From Sedimentisphaerales bacterium (GTDB taxonomy: Bacteria; Planctomycetota; Phycisphaerae; Sedimentisphaerales; SM23-30): DNA of 64,000 bases. Position 1 is the first letter of the stretch. Each line of letters begins with the position of its first letter. Below, one piece after another: positions 28,655 to 37,900 of the stretch. The notes beneath the pieces were generated by a model, which was not told the DNA's origin, made no database searches, and worked only from the letters and a program-made list of their open reading frames with translations. The DNA is taken from positions 107,185 to 171,184 of the forward strand of contig JANQJS010000012.1 of NCBI GenBank assembly GCA_028281535.1. The letters are read 5' to 3'. Position numbers and translations under genes: made by a program.

Positions 28655-29542
28655 TTATTTTGGATATACATCCTCTCGAACATCATCAGGGACTTTAAAT
28701 ACTTCTGGGTCATAGGATTGGAATTCCATATTAGAAACTTCCAATGAGTTGTGTGGCAATCCTTGAAAATCTCCTTGTTCTGACCATTTCCAGAAATTAT
28801 AAATGGTTGGCATCAGCACATAATGTTCTGGCGTGTAATCACCCACCGAGCGATAACGTTCATAAGTGACGCCATGAGTTTCTTTGCCGGCTTCTTCAAC
28901 CGATGTGCCATAGGTGACAATATAGCCTAACCCTTTAATCGTATCAAATTTGGGATGACGGTAAACGACATACCAATCATCAGGCGTGTCGCCTACCTCA
29001 CCGGAAAAAGTCAATTTTGCCCGAGGGTAAGCGGTTCCAAAAACAAAACCATCAGAAATCATTTCCATATGCGTGCCAGGATCTCTCAATTTAAATGGAG
29101 CCAGGATGAAATAGGACCAGGTCAAAAGGTCAAAGCGAGCATCTTCTTTGTCGCAAGCAGATGGATATACCCAGGCACTGCTGCCATCCCAATAAAGACT
29201 TGATCCATCTTCATAATCCATGCGAATCTTGTCTCCAGTGACGGTCATACGGAGTTGGCATTTAAAGACATTTTCAGCGAAATTTTCTGTGGTCAGTCGA
29301 ATGTCGCATTTAAAGACCTCTTTCGTTAGCAAGGTTTGTTTGCCATGAGCTGCTTCGATAGGTTCGATAAAAGAACGGTGTGGCTCGGTAATCTGATAGA
29401 GTTTGACATCTTTGATTGCTTCAACCTGTTCTTTTTCAGCCATTTGCTCAGATTGACAGCCCGCAAAGCAAGTTACAGCGATCATTAATAGAGAAACCCG
29501 AAACAGATAAGCACGTTTTTTCAATAGTGTTTGAAAATTCAT
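28655..29542 (-). CDS. Hypothetical lipoprotein
   Basis: The ATG ending at 29542 gives MNFQTLLKKRAYLFRVSLLMIAVTCFAGC (lipobox FAGC), preceded by AAGGAA. The track ORF is over-extended to 29635. Confidence 0.55.
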   Translation of the reverse strand: MNFQTLLKKRAYLFRVSLLMIAVTCFAGCQSEQMAEKEQVEAIKDVKLYQITEPHRSFIEPIEAAHGKQTLLTKEVFKCDIRLTTENFAENVFKCQLRMTVTGDKIRMDYEDGSSLYWDGSSAWVYPSACDKEDARFDLLTWSYFILAPFKLRDPGTHMEMISDGFVFGTAYPRAKLTFSGEVGDTPDDWYVVYRHPKFDTIKGLGYIVTYGTSVEEAGKETHGVTYERYRSVGDYTPEHYVLMPTIYNFWKWSEQGDFQGLPHNSLEVSNMEFQSYDPEVFKVPDDVREDVYPK

Positions 29543-29660
29543 TCTTTTTTCCTTAATAGTTTCTTGGACTTGTAATTTGGGTAGTCGGCTATTATACCCG
29601 AGCTTGGATCCTTCGTCAATGTCACAAAAAATCAATATTATACGTGATGTATGAAAAGTA

Positions 29661-31763
29661 TTAGGAATCCCGCATGGCTTGCCACAGCTCTTTTAGGGGG
29701 ACTTCTAATTGTTTGCCATCAATTAGAACAACCGCACTTTCTTTTTTACGGCGTATTTTTTCAATAACCGCATTTTTGGAAAAACAATCGACATAAACCC
29801 GATCACCTGCTGAGACCTTTTCTAAAAAGGCTGCTTGTCGTTGTGCCAGGTTCGTTTGTGAGACTTGCTGAGACAGCTGTTTAATAAACGCCTCTCCAGT
29901 ATCTTTCCATAATTTAGGTGCATTTTGCATTTCGATGGTATACTGGTCGCAGAGTTTTTGCACTTGCAGCATTGTTTGTTGGATTTCTTCATCTGCGCGT
30001 TGTTGTAATTTTGCTTGTTGTTGCTTTGAAACTTCTAATCGCTCTAAGGCAACGCGTTGAACGGCTTTGGCTTGTTCCAAAAGGGCATGTGTTTGTTGAT
30101 GTTTTTCTTCTGTTTGAACACGAAGCGCTTGGACCTGGCTAAACAGTTTTTTCTCACGCTGGTCTTTTTGTTCTAATTTGACTTTAGCATCTTTAATAAT
30201 TTTGCTGGGGACACCCAATCGTTGAGCAATATTTAATGCATGACTTGTACCGGGCGTGCCAATCAGCAACTCATACGTTGGTTTCAAAGTCATGCCATCA
30301 AAAACGACTGAACCATTTTCAACTCGTGATTGTGAATAGGCATATTCTTTCAGTCGTCCCAGATGGGTCGTTACGATCACTTTTGCTTCAAGTGATTTTA
30401 AATAATTGAGTATTGCAATTCCCAAAGGAGCACCTTCGGCAGGGTCTGTGCCGCTGCAGAGTTCATCGAGAAGAACCAGGCTTCGCTGATTGGCTTTTTT
30501 GATAATATTAACAAGTTGCTGTATGTGCGAAGAAAAGGTACTCAAGCTTTGTTGCAGATTTTGTTCATCACCAATATCTACAAACACTTGGCGATAGATC
30601 GGTACCTGCGATTCGGCATCGGCTGTGATATGCAAACCCGATTGTGCCATCAGGTTCAGTAGGCCAACCGTTTTCAACATCGCAGTTTTTCCACCTGTAT
30701 TTGAACCCGTTACCACCAACTGATCAAAGTCGTCTCCCAATCGGATATCAATTGGAATAATTTTTTTTAACGCATCACGCCGTGTTTCCGGGTTATCCAT
30801 TCCCGAAAGTTTTAACAGTAGGGGGTGTCGAGCCTGGCGTAGATTAAGCGAGCCATCTGTTTTTACTTGGGGTGCTGTCATGTGATACGCTAAACTGAAT
30901 TCGGCTTTAGCAACAGCTAGATCAATAAAGGACAAGCCTTTGGATGCATCAATAATTTGCTTTTTCTGTTCAGATACAATATGGGTTAATTCCCAAAGAA
31001 CTCGCCATTCTTCTTTTTTCTCTTCTGATATTGCTTGTTCCAGCGAATTACTCAATTCCATGATATCATAAGGTTCAACAAACAGCGTGGCTCCACTACG
31101 CGAACGATCCAATACGATCCCTTTAACGCTCTGGCGATAATTGGCATTAATCGCTATCACGGCACGTCCATTACGTGTCAAGAAACGATCAATTTCAATC
31201 GCTTTGGACATATCGGGCTGTGAAAGGATCCCACGAAATTTTTCCTGGATTTGTTGATTTATGTCTCGGATAGTGCGTCGAATCTGCATAAGTTTTTCAG
31301 ATGCTTCATCTTTTAAGCTGTTTTCTTCGCCCACGGTTCGAAAAATCTGATTGACCAAGTCGTCGAAAAAAGCCAAGTGGCTTGCCATCGTTTTTATTTG
31401 ACCAAGTTCAGTCGAATCCAGTTCGTTGAGAAAGTTTTTCAGGCGGCCACTGGCATCCAGGGTTTCAGCAATTTTCAATAATTGTTGCGGCTCAAATACC
31501 GTTTGCTTACCAGTCATTTGTTCAAAGACCACTGTTAGGTCATGCAATCCAGAAAGAGGACATCGCTGGCCTTGTTCAATTAATAACTTAAATTGACTGG
31601 TTTCATCCAACCGCTGACTAATCCAGCTCGAATCCGTCGATGGGTACAACTGCCGCGCAGCAACTGCTCCCAATTCACTCACAGTAAAGGAACTTAAAAT
31701 CTGGCGAATTTGTTCAAATTCCAGAATCTCTAAGCTATGTGATTCAATTTTATGCCGCTTCAT
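29661..31763 (-). CDS. mutS2: MutS2-family ATPase lacking the C-terminal Smr nuclease domain
   Basis: Walker A GSNTGGKTAMLKT, DELCSGTDPAEG, long coiled-coil. Ends after a KOW-like GDRVYV...IDGKQLEV segment at 700 aa, versus ~780 aa with Smr. Confidence 0.82.
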   Translation of the reverse strand: MKRHKIESHSLEILEFEQIRQILSSFTVSELGAVAARQLYPSTDSSWISQRLDETSQFKLLIEQGQRCPLSGLHDLTVVFEQMTGKQTVFEPQQLLKIAETLDASGRLKNFLNELDSTELGQIKTMASHLAFFDDLVNQIFRTVGEENSLKDEASEKLMQIRRTIRDINQQIQEKFRGILSQPDMSKAIEIDRFLTRNGRAVIAINANYRQSVKGIVLDRSRSGATLFVEPYDIMELSNSLEQAISEEKKEEWRVLWELTHIVSEQKKQIIDASKGLSFIDLAVAKAEFSLAYHMTAPQVKTDGSLNLRQARHPLLLKLSGMDNPETRRDALKKIIPIDIRLGDDFDQLVVTGSNTGGKTAMLKTVGLLNLMAQSGLHITADAESQVPIYRQVFVDIGDEQNLQQSLSTFSSHIQQLVNIIKKANQRSLVLLDELCSGTDPAEGAPLGIAILNYLKSLEAKVIVTTHLGRLKEYAYSQSRVENGSVVFDGMTLKPTYELLIGTPGTSHALNIAQRLGVPSKIIKDAKVKLEQKDQREKKLFSQVQALRVQTEEKHQQTHALLEQAKAVQRVALERLEVSKQQQAKLQQRADEEIQQTMLQVQKLCDQYTIEMQNAPKLWKDTGEAFIKQLSQQVSQTNLAQRQAAFLEKVSAGDRVYVDCFSKNAVIEKIRRKKESAVVLIDGKQLEVPLKELWQAMRDS

Positions 31764-31918
31764 AATTATTTCTCATTATGCATATTCGTATAAACAACCC
31801 ATTTTACCACTATTTAAACCATAGAAAAAGGTGTTTTTCTGTTGATCGAAAAAATCATTATGTTAAAATAATTGACAATTGGAATCTATGGGAAGAGGAA
31901 AATCCCCAAACTAATAGA

Positions 31919-31964
31919 CCCAGCTAGAGAGAGACAATCGCTCATTCTCTAGCTGGGTTTTTTT
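31919..31964 (+). terminator. Strong intrinsic terminator with no upstream plus-strand CDS
   Basis: 12-bp perfect stem CCCAGCTAGAGA/TCTCTAGCTGGG (31919-31930 / 31946-31957) followed by T7. Lies 22 nt before the ATG at 31987. Confidence 0.75.
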
Positions 31965-31986
31965 ATGATTATAGAAAGGTCGAAAG

Positions 31987-32580
31987 ATGAAAATAAAATG
32001 TTTCCAAATACTACTCATGCTATCGATGACAATCACTATCGCATCCGCACAACCCGTTAATATTCCCGATCCACAACTCGCATTAATAATACCGAATGAC
32101 CAGGCGTCACTTCAATTAATGACCACTGTTCATATAGAAAACAGTAATATTCAAGATCTGACTGGATTAGAGCATGCTGTCAATCTTGAGCGACTATATG
32201 GATATGATAACTCGATATCAAATATCAATATGCTTGCACCTTTAACAAAATTATTTGTTATAAATCTACATGAAAATAATATTCAAGATATCTCAGTAAT
32301 ATCAAATTTCCCTGACCTGGCTGTTCTATTATTAAATGATAATAGTATTAGTGATATCTCTTCTCTAACAAATTTACACAATCTCGTAGGAATTGATCTT
32401 AGAGGAAATACGTTAAACAGTCAGGCATATACAACACATATTCCACAAATCCTCTCAAACAATCCTGACATGCTGTTTCTGTATGATGCACCTATTCCTG
32501 AACCAGGAACAATCTCATTGCTTTCATTAGGATGTATCGCATTGATAAAAAGAAGAAAAATTAGCCTTAAAACAAGTTAA
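31987..32580 (+). CDS. Leucine-rich-repeat protein with PEP-CTERM anchor
   Basis: Signal peptide, ~22-aa LRRs (NxIxDISxL), C-terminal IPEPGTISLLSLGCIALIKRRK. Confidence 0.75.
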   Translation: MKIKCFQILLMLSMTITIASAQPVNIPDPQLALIIPNDQASLQLMTTVHIENSNIQDLTGLEHAVNLERLYGYDNSISNINMLAPLTKLFVINLHENNIQDISVISNFPDLAVLLLNDNSISDISSLTNLHNLVGIDLRGNTLNSQAYTTHIPQILSNNPDMLFLYDAPIPEPGTISLLSLGCIALIKRRKISLKTS

Positions 32581-32586
32581 GCATAA

Positions 32587-33732
32587 CTATTTATAGGAAA
32601 CAAATTTTTTCAATTTTAAGAATTGTTTCTCGTAAGCATGCCAACTGAGATAAGCAACGCCAATAGAGATGACTGACAAGACAGTGATATAAAGCAAGCT
32701 CCATAATATAAGATGGTCTTGAAAGCGTTCATGCCCTGAAGGGTGCCATTCATACATGCGAGCAACCGCATCGAAAAAAACATGCAATACATAAATACCG
32801 TAACTATATTTTCCTAAAAATCGCAATGTTTTTGATGACAAGCAGCGATAGAATAGGGTTTGTGGTTTTGCAAGAATTCCTAATCCTGTGAAACACCCAA
32901 AAAATAAAGCGATCAAAGTGTATCCTGTCGCTTGACTAAAAATTCCCCACTCTCTCCAATCCAAAGACTGCGAGGTTGCCAACACTATCAGGACCAACAA
33001 CGCTGAAACAAATAATAATCTCTTTAAAATTTGTTCAAACTGAGCGGAATGGTAATGCCTTAAGCAAAAGTAAGCCAACATAGCGCCAACAACCATCGCA
33101 TCCATGCGGCAAAATGTTAATGAATACATAACATGGGCAGCATAATCTTGATAAGCTAAAACACCTCTTGAAATAACTGAAATACTAATCAGGGCTATCA
33201 TGATCCAAACCAGCCACTGCTGTCGAATAAAATAAATCACAATTGGCCAGATCAAATAAAATTGTAATTCAATGGCTAGCGACCAAAAATGGGCTAATGG
33301 ACGAACGGGCCATCCTTCAATAGCAGTATAAAAATTGGCGCCATATAACCAGAACCATAGCTGGTGATCAAATAATCCTTCTGGAAAAGAAATAGGCAAA
33401 GAGCTTAAGATGACAAAGTAGAAAAACAATACACCATAATAAAGTGGAAAAATTCGCAGAAAACGGCGGCTGTAAAAGTTAGAAAAATAATGGGCACGCT
33501 CTTTTGTGCGAATGAGTATGGTCGTTACCAGAAAGCCTGACAGGACAAAAAATAAATCCACGCCCGTCCAGCCAATATGGCCAGGAAGATAAAATAGGTG
33601 ATCTCCCCAGTGTCGTGGCTTGATCGCCTGGGTAAAATGATGTAACAAAACCAGCGCAATAGCAAGGCCACGCACACCATCCAGTGTGGGAATATGCTTT
33701 AAAACCGCGGTTGGTTGGTTATTATCTTCCAT
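32587..33732 (-). CDS. Acyltransferase family 3 (OafA/YrhL-like) membrane protein
   Basis: ~10 TM helices with N-terminal LDGVRGLAIALVLLHH and FFVLSGF motifs. Confidence 0.8.
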   Translation of the reverse strand: MEDNNQPTAVLKHIPTLDGVRGLAIALVLLHHFTQAIKPRHWGDHLFYLPGHIGWTGVDLFFVLSGFLVTTILIRTKERAHYFSNFYSRRFLRIFPLYYGVLFFYFVILSSLPISFPEGLFDHQLWFWLYGANFYTAIEGWPVRPLAHFWSLAIELQFYLIWPIVIYFIRQQWLVWIMIALISISVISRGVLAYQDYAAHVMYSLTFCRMDAMVVGAMLAYFCLRHYHSAQFEQILKRLLFVSALLVLIVLATSQSLDWREWGIFSQATGYTLIALFFGCFTGLGILAKPQTLFYRCLSSKTLRFLGKYSYGIYVLHVFFDAVARMYEWHPSGHERFQDHLILWSLLYITVLSVISIGVAYLSWHAYEKQFLKLKKFVSYK

Positions 33733-33844
33733 ACGACTAAACGATTATCATACCATAAACATTAGCCTGAGTATAGTCATTCGATAAAATAACCGATATG
33801 AGTAAAGATGATGAGTAATGGAAATCTAACAAAAAGGATGTGCC

Positions 33845-34645
33845 ATGTCTATTGAGGATCTATTAAGCCAGTTACAAAACGACTATCTTGTTCTGAACCC
33901 CCAAGTTAAAACCATTCAGGATTTGATAGAAGCCAAAGGCGAAACGATTGTTAATGATCACATCGCTTTTCGCACCTATAATTTGCCTAAAGTGAACATC
34001 CGTGTTCTAGCAAAAACATTCATCGACCTTGGTTATCAACCCAAGGATCAATATGATTTTACGGAGAAAAAACTAAACGCCCAGCATTTTCAGCATGAAA
34101 ATGAAAAGCTCCCTAAAATTTTTATTAGCGAATTGATCGTGGAAAAATTTTCCGATAAACTCCAATCGATCGTCAAGACGATTGTCGATCAAATCCCAGA
34201 GGACCTGACTAAACAGTGGGATTTCTGTGCCAGCAAACGAAGCTGGGACATTTCTTTCGAAGATTACGAAACCCTGAAAAAAGAAAGCGAATACGCCGCG
34301 TGGGTATCCGCTTTCGGATTTTGTGCAAATCATTTTACGATCTTTGTCAATGAACTTAACCAGTTTGAATCATTGCAAGACCTAAATAATTTTCTAAAAG
34401 ATAACGATATCAAATTAAATGATAGCGGTGGCGAAATCAAGGGAAGCCCAGAAACCTATCTGGAACAATCATCTTCTATGGCAGCCGAAATCGAAGTCAA
34501 ATTCACCAACGGTATCAAACACATTCCAAGCTGCTATTATGAATTCGCCAGACGCTATCCTTTGCCAAATGGAAACCTTTTTCATGGTTTTATCGCAAAA
34601 TCTGCTGACAAAATTTTCGAAAGTACCCAAAAGAAAAAAACATAA
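33845..34645 (+). CDS. DUF1338-family protein (HglS/YdcJ-like metalloenzyme fold, short form)
   Basis: VNDHIAFRT motif and overall size recall short DUF1338 proteins. Assignment is from memory only. Confidence 0.45.
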   Translation: MSIEDLLSQLQNDYLVLNPQVKTIQDLIEAKGETIVNDHIAFRTYNLPKVNIRVLAKTFIDLGYQPKDQYDFTEKKLNAQHFQHENEKLPKIFISELIVEKFSDKLQSIVKTIVDQIPEDLTKQWDFCASKRSWDISFEDYETLKKESEYAAWVSAFGFCANHFTIFVNELNQFESLQDLNNFLKDNDIKLNDSGGEIKGSPETYLEQSSSMAAEIEVKFTNGIKHIPSCYYEFARRYPLPNGNLFHGFIAKSADKIFESTQKKKT

Positions 34646-34663
34646 TAACATTGTCATAGAAGC

Positions 34664-35437
34664 TTAGCGGAGGCGTTTTCTCCCAACAACGCAAGCTCCT
34701 AAAGCAAGCAGGCTACATGTTATCGGTTCAGGAATAGCAGTGGCTCCATGTGTCATGATATATTGAATTTCATTTTGTGATAAGGCATGGTCAAATATAG
34801 CCGCATCATCAATGGAACCTTTAAAAAATTTGCCTAAACCTGAAGAGTTTTGTCGTGCTCCTAAAAGAATTGGATTTGTACTTGAACCAATGTCGCCCAC
34901 GATTGGTGCAAATAACGTCGAATCCAACTGACCATCAATATAAATTTTCTTATACTGTCCATCAAATGTTGCTGCAATGTGATGCCAACGATTTAAAGAA
35001 ATATCCCCTGACGATAACATTCTATCTCCTGACCAGTTATCCCATAGACGCCCTACAAGAAAACGAACTTTTGATCCTTCTAGATCAATTTTGTAAGCAA
35101 ATTCTTTGACGAGAATTCCATGGCGATCAGAAACAAATCCTTCAGTATTAATCCAGGCGGATAAAGTAACTTGATTAAAATTTTCCAAGCTATCCACATC
35201 GCCCACAGCCACATGATCATTGACACCATCAAAATTAAGCCCTCCACCGATAGGGCTAGATATCCATGGGTTTCCAGAGAATCCCTGAAGACTCCCATCA
35301 AAATCTCCTATACTTTCATTTGCGACAACACTTGGAAATGATTCATCTAAAGCCCAGTGGGCAACTAAACTGGCTTGAACATGTACGTTAAAAAAACACA
35401 GGTTCAATATCAAAAATAATAAATGTATCCTCTTCAT
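34664..35437 (-). CDS. LamG/concanavalin-like lectin-domain protein with PEP-CTERM anchor
   Basis: The ATG ending at 35437 (GGGAGAG upstream) gives a signal peptide. LVAHWALDES...LNFDG..D.V.V...SAWI...RWHH.A..FDG...K.YIDG is LamG-like. C-terminal IPEPITCSLLALGACVVGRKRLR. Confidence 0.7.
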   Translation of the reverse strand: MKRIHLLFLILNLCFFNVHVQASLVAHWALDESFPSVVANESIGDFDGSLQGFSGNPWISSPIGGGLNFDGVNDHVAVGDVDSLENFNQVTLSAWINTEGFVSDRHGILVKEFAYKIDLEGSKVRFLVGRLWDNWSGDRMLSSGDISLNRWHHIAATFDGQYKKIYIDGQLDSTLFAPIVGDIGSSTNPILLGARQNSSGLGKFFKGSIDDAAIFDHALSQNEIQYIMTHGATAIPEPITCSLLALGACVVGRKRLR

Positions 35438-35556
35438 TCTGACTCTCCCAAAAATGTGATTAATAAAGACCATCTCTCTCGAACAAAAAATGCTCCTGGA
35501 ATTATAAACAATTCCAGGAGCATTACAACAAAAACTTATTTTCATTAAAGTAAGGT

Positions 35557-36822
35557 CTAAGTGGTCTCCTTTCGGTCAAACGTAACTAATTTTTTAACGA
35601 TCATGATAAAAAATCCTGTCAACAGAAGATTAATCGCCAGACTAAACATCGCAACGATCACAATGGGGCCCTGGATGCCATAGCTCAAACTGATTAGCAA
35701 GACACCCGCACCCACTTCGCCGCGAGGCCACATACCAATCGCAACAGCCAAACGTTCGCGCCAATGAGCTTCTTTACGATAGCAAAACGCTGGGAACATT
35801 TTTCCTAAATTACTGAGTACCGTTACGGCCAATACATGCCAGGCAATGGTTGACCAGGGTGGCATCGGCTGCTTTGAGGAAACCATTTCCGATTCAACAT
35901 TAGCGACTTCAGGTGAAACGGCCACTGTTTGAGACGGTTCGCTCGCCGTGGTGTCTCCAAACAAATAAGGCAGTGACAAACCTACTAATACCATAAAGAC
36001 GGCTGAAACAATCGTTGAGACGCGCTGTTCGGTCGGTGTCTCTAAAATTGAATGATGTCCATCATTTGCTTCATTACCTGTATCTTTGTTCTCTGGGATT
36101 TTCAATACGCATCCCAGAACAAACGCCGGTAATAAAATCTCAATATGTATAGGGACAGTATCATCAATCAATTTTGACGACTTATAAATGATCTCGCAGA
36201 TAATCGTGATGATCACCGAATAGATCATGACCCAATTCCATGTTACAGGTAGCGGGATTTTGTGCAGCCATTTCCAGGCAACCCAAAGCAACGCAAACAT
36301 GACGATAACAATAATACCCAACTGCCAGGCAAGTCCTACCATGAGCATTTTCAATGGAATCATCAACAGGACGGTGTCCAGGTCATCAAAGATCGCCAAA
36401 ATTCGCGCTTTCTTAAATAACCAGGTTGCACTCAATCCTGCTGCAGCTAACATGGAAAACAATACGCCGGCTGAGGTGGGAGCCGCAAACCTGGAAGACA
36501 GTAAGGATTCCTTCCAAGCCTGAAGCGACCCCCACGTCTCAGAGGGCAGCATCACAAAAACAAAATATAGGGCAACAAAAATCCAGGGGAATGCCGCGGC
36601 AGTCATTGCCACGACATAATCCCATCCATATTGTCGCAGGTTCGATTTATCAATCTCAAACTCAAAGCCAACATGAATCATAATATAGGCCAATGCGACC
36701 ATACTAAGAATTCGAATTAAATAGGCGATCGTTTCATAAGAATCACCTAAGCTGCTGGCTAAAAATTGAGAACCAACTAATCCTATAATTAACAAAATGG
36801 TATATAAAATAACTTTATTCAT
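35557..36822 (-). CDS. Cation:proton antiporter (Na+/H+ exchanger superfamily)
   Basis: ~11 TM helices with HVGFEFEID resembling the CPA (v)G(l)Ef(d) motif. Confidence 0.6.
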   Translation of the reverse strand: MNKVILYTILLIIGLVGSQFLASSLGDSYETIAYLIRILSMVALAYIMIHVGFEFEIDKSNLRQYGWDYVVAMTAAAFPWIFVALYFVFVMLPSETWGSLQAWKESLLSSRFAAPTSAGVLFSMLAAAGLSATWLFKKARILAIFDDLDTVLLMIPLKMLMVGLAWQLGIIVIVMFALLWVAWKWLHKIPLPVTWNWVMIYSVIITIICEIIYKSSKLIDDTVPIHIEILLPAFVLGCVLKIPENKDTGNEANDGHHSILETPTEQRVSTIVSAVFMVLVGLSLPYLFGDTTASEPSQTVAVSPEVANVESEMVSSKQPMPPWSTIAWHVLAVTVLSNLGKMFPAFCYRKEAHWRERLAVAIGMWPRGEVGAGVLLISLSYGIQGPIVIVAMFSLAINLLLTGFFIMIVKKLVTFDRKETT

Positions 36823-36881
36823 CGCTTCACCTATTATGCCTGTCTAGAAATCATCCTGATTGCCAAAGCATTGATCGAACG

Positions 36882-37841
36882 CTAGCCCACGTCAGGCCGA
36901 TTAAATTGTTTCGGAGAAAATGTAAAACCAAACGGCTTGATCGCAAGCAAGCTACATCCAGAATTTCTGACAACTCGCTCAGCCGTACTACCCATTAAGA
37001 CATATTTTAATTTGGTTTGTCCTCGCGTACCAAGCACTACCAAATCAATGTCTTTCTCTTTGATATAATGACTGATACCTTCAGCATAATTTTGATGCTC
37101 ATAAAGATCACAGGTCACTTCAAGATCCTCAATTTGATTCTTAAAAGTTTTTAAGCAATTATTCAGCTTAACTTTTAATAAATCCTTGTATTGCTGCTGA
37201 TAGGTTGGGTCACTCGAAGAGGTCGCCGACATATAGTGCAAATGGTTCCATGGTCCATAAAAGACATGAACTAAATGCAAGTGTGCTTGATCCTGCTTGG
37301 CGATATGGATCGCTTGCTGAATCGCCAATAGTGAATTATCAGAAAAGTCAATGCATGCAACAACACGCTTGAATTCTACTGTATGCTCAGGACGAACCAA
37401 CATGACTTTAGCCGGTATTTTACGCACACATTTTGTCACCAGAGCACCAACATTGCCACCTGGCTTTGTCGATGCGCCGTACATACCTAGGACCAACAAA
37501 TCTGCTGAAACTTCATGGACTTTCTGTAACAACTCATCAATCGGAGTGCCGATCCGAACATCCACTTGAACATCGTCTGGCATCTCATTTCGTGCCATGA
37601 CGGTCAGTACTTCATTTTCCAATTCAGCGACTTCATGTTCATGGATCTCTTCTTTAAAATGATCCAGGTCACTCGATTTATGAATGACCGAATGGACTTC
37701 TTGCACGAGCCGTTCATCAACCACATGGACAACATAAAGACGGGCTTTATTCCACCTGGCTAAACGCGCGGCCTGCGCCAGAGCATGCTCGGAATAGTTC
37801 GAAAAATCCATTCCTACGACTATTGATTGTAAACGGTTCAT
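36882..37841 (-). CDS. Tandem universal stress protein (two UspA domains)
   Basis: Two repeats of the pattern ..VV..DFS..S..A...A...A......L.L.HV.. ending in G..G......GS....V. Confidence 0.8.
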   Translation of the reverse strand: MNRLQSIVVGMDFSNYSEHALAQAARLARWNKARLYVVHVVDERLVQEVHSVIHKSSDLDHFKEEIHEHEVAELENEVLTVMARNEMPDDVQVDVRIGTPIDELLQKVHEVSADLLVLGMYGASTKPGGNVGALVTKCVRKIPAKVMLVRPEHTVEFKRVVACIDFSDNSLLAIQQAIHIAKQDQAHLHLVHVFYGPWNHLHYMSATSSSDPTYQQQYKDLLKVKLNNCLKTFKNQIEDLEVTCDLYEHQNYAEGISHYIKEKDIDLVVLGTRGQTKLKYVLMGSTAERVVRNSGCSLLAIKPFGFTFSPKQFNRPDVG

Positions 37842-37900
37842 GACAAACTCCTATCTTCGACAATTAAGTGTCGATCAAAAAAACGGTTAATCACCAAACA

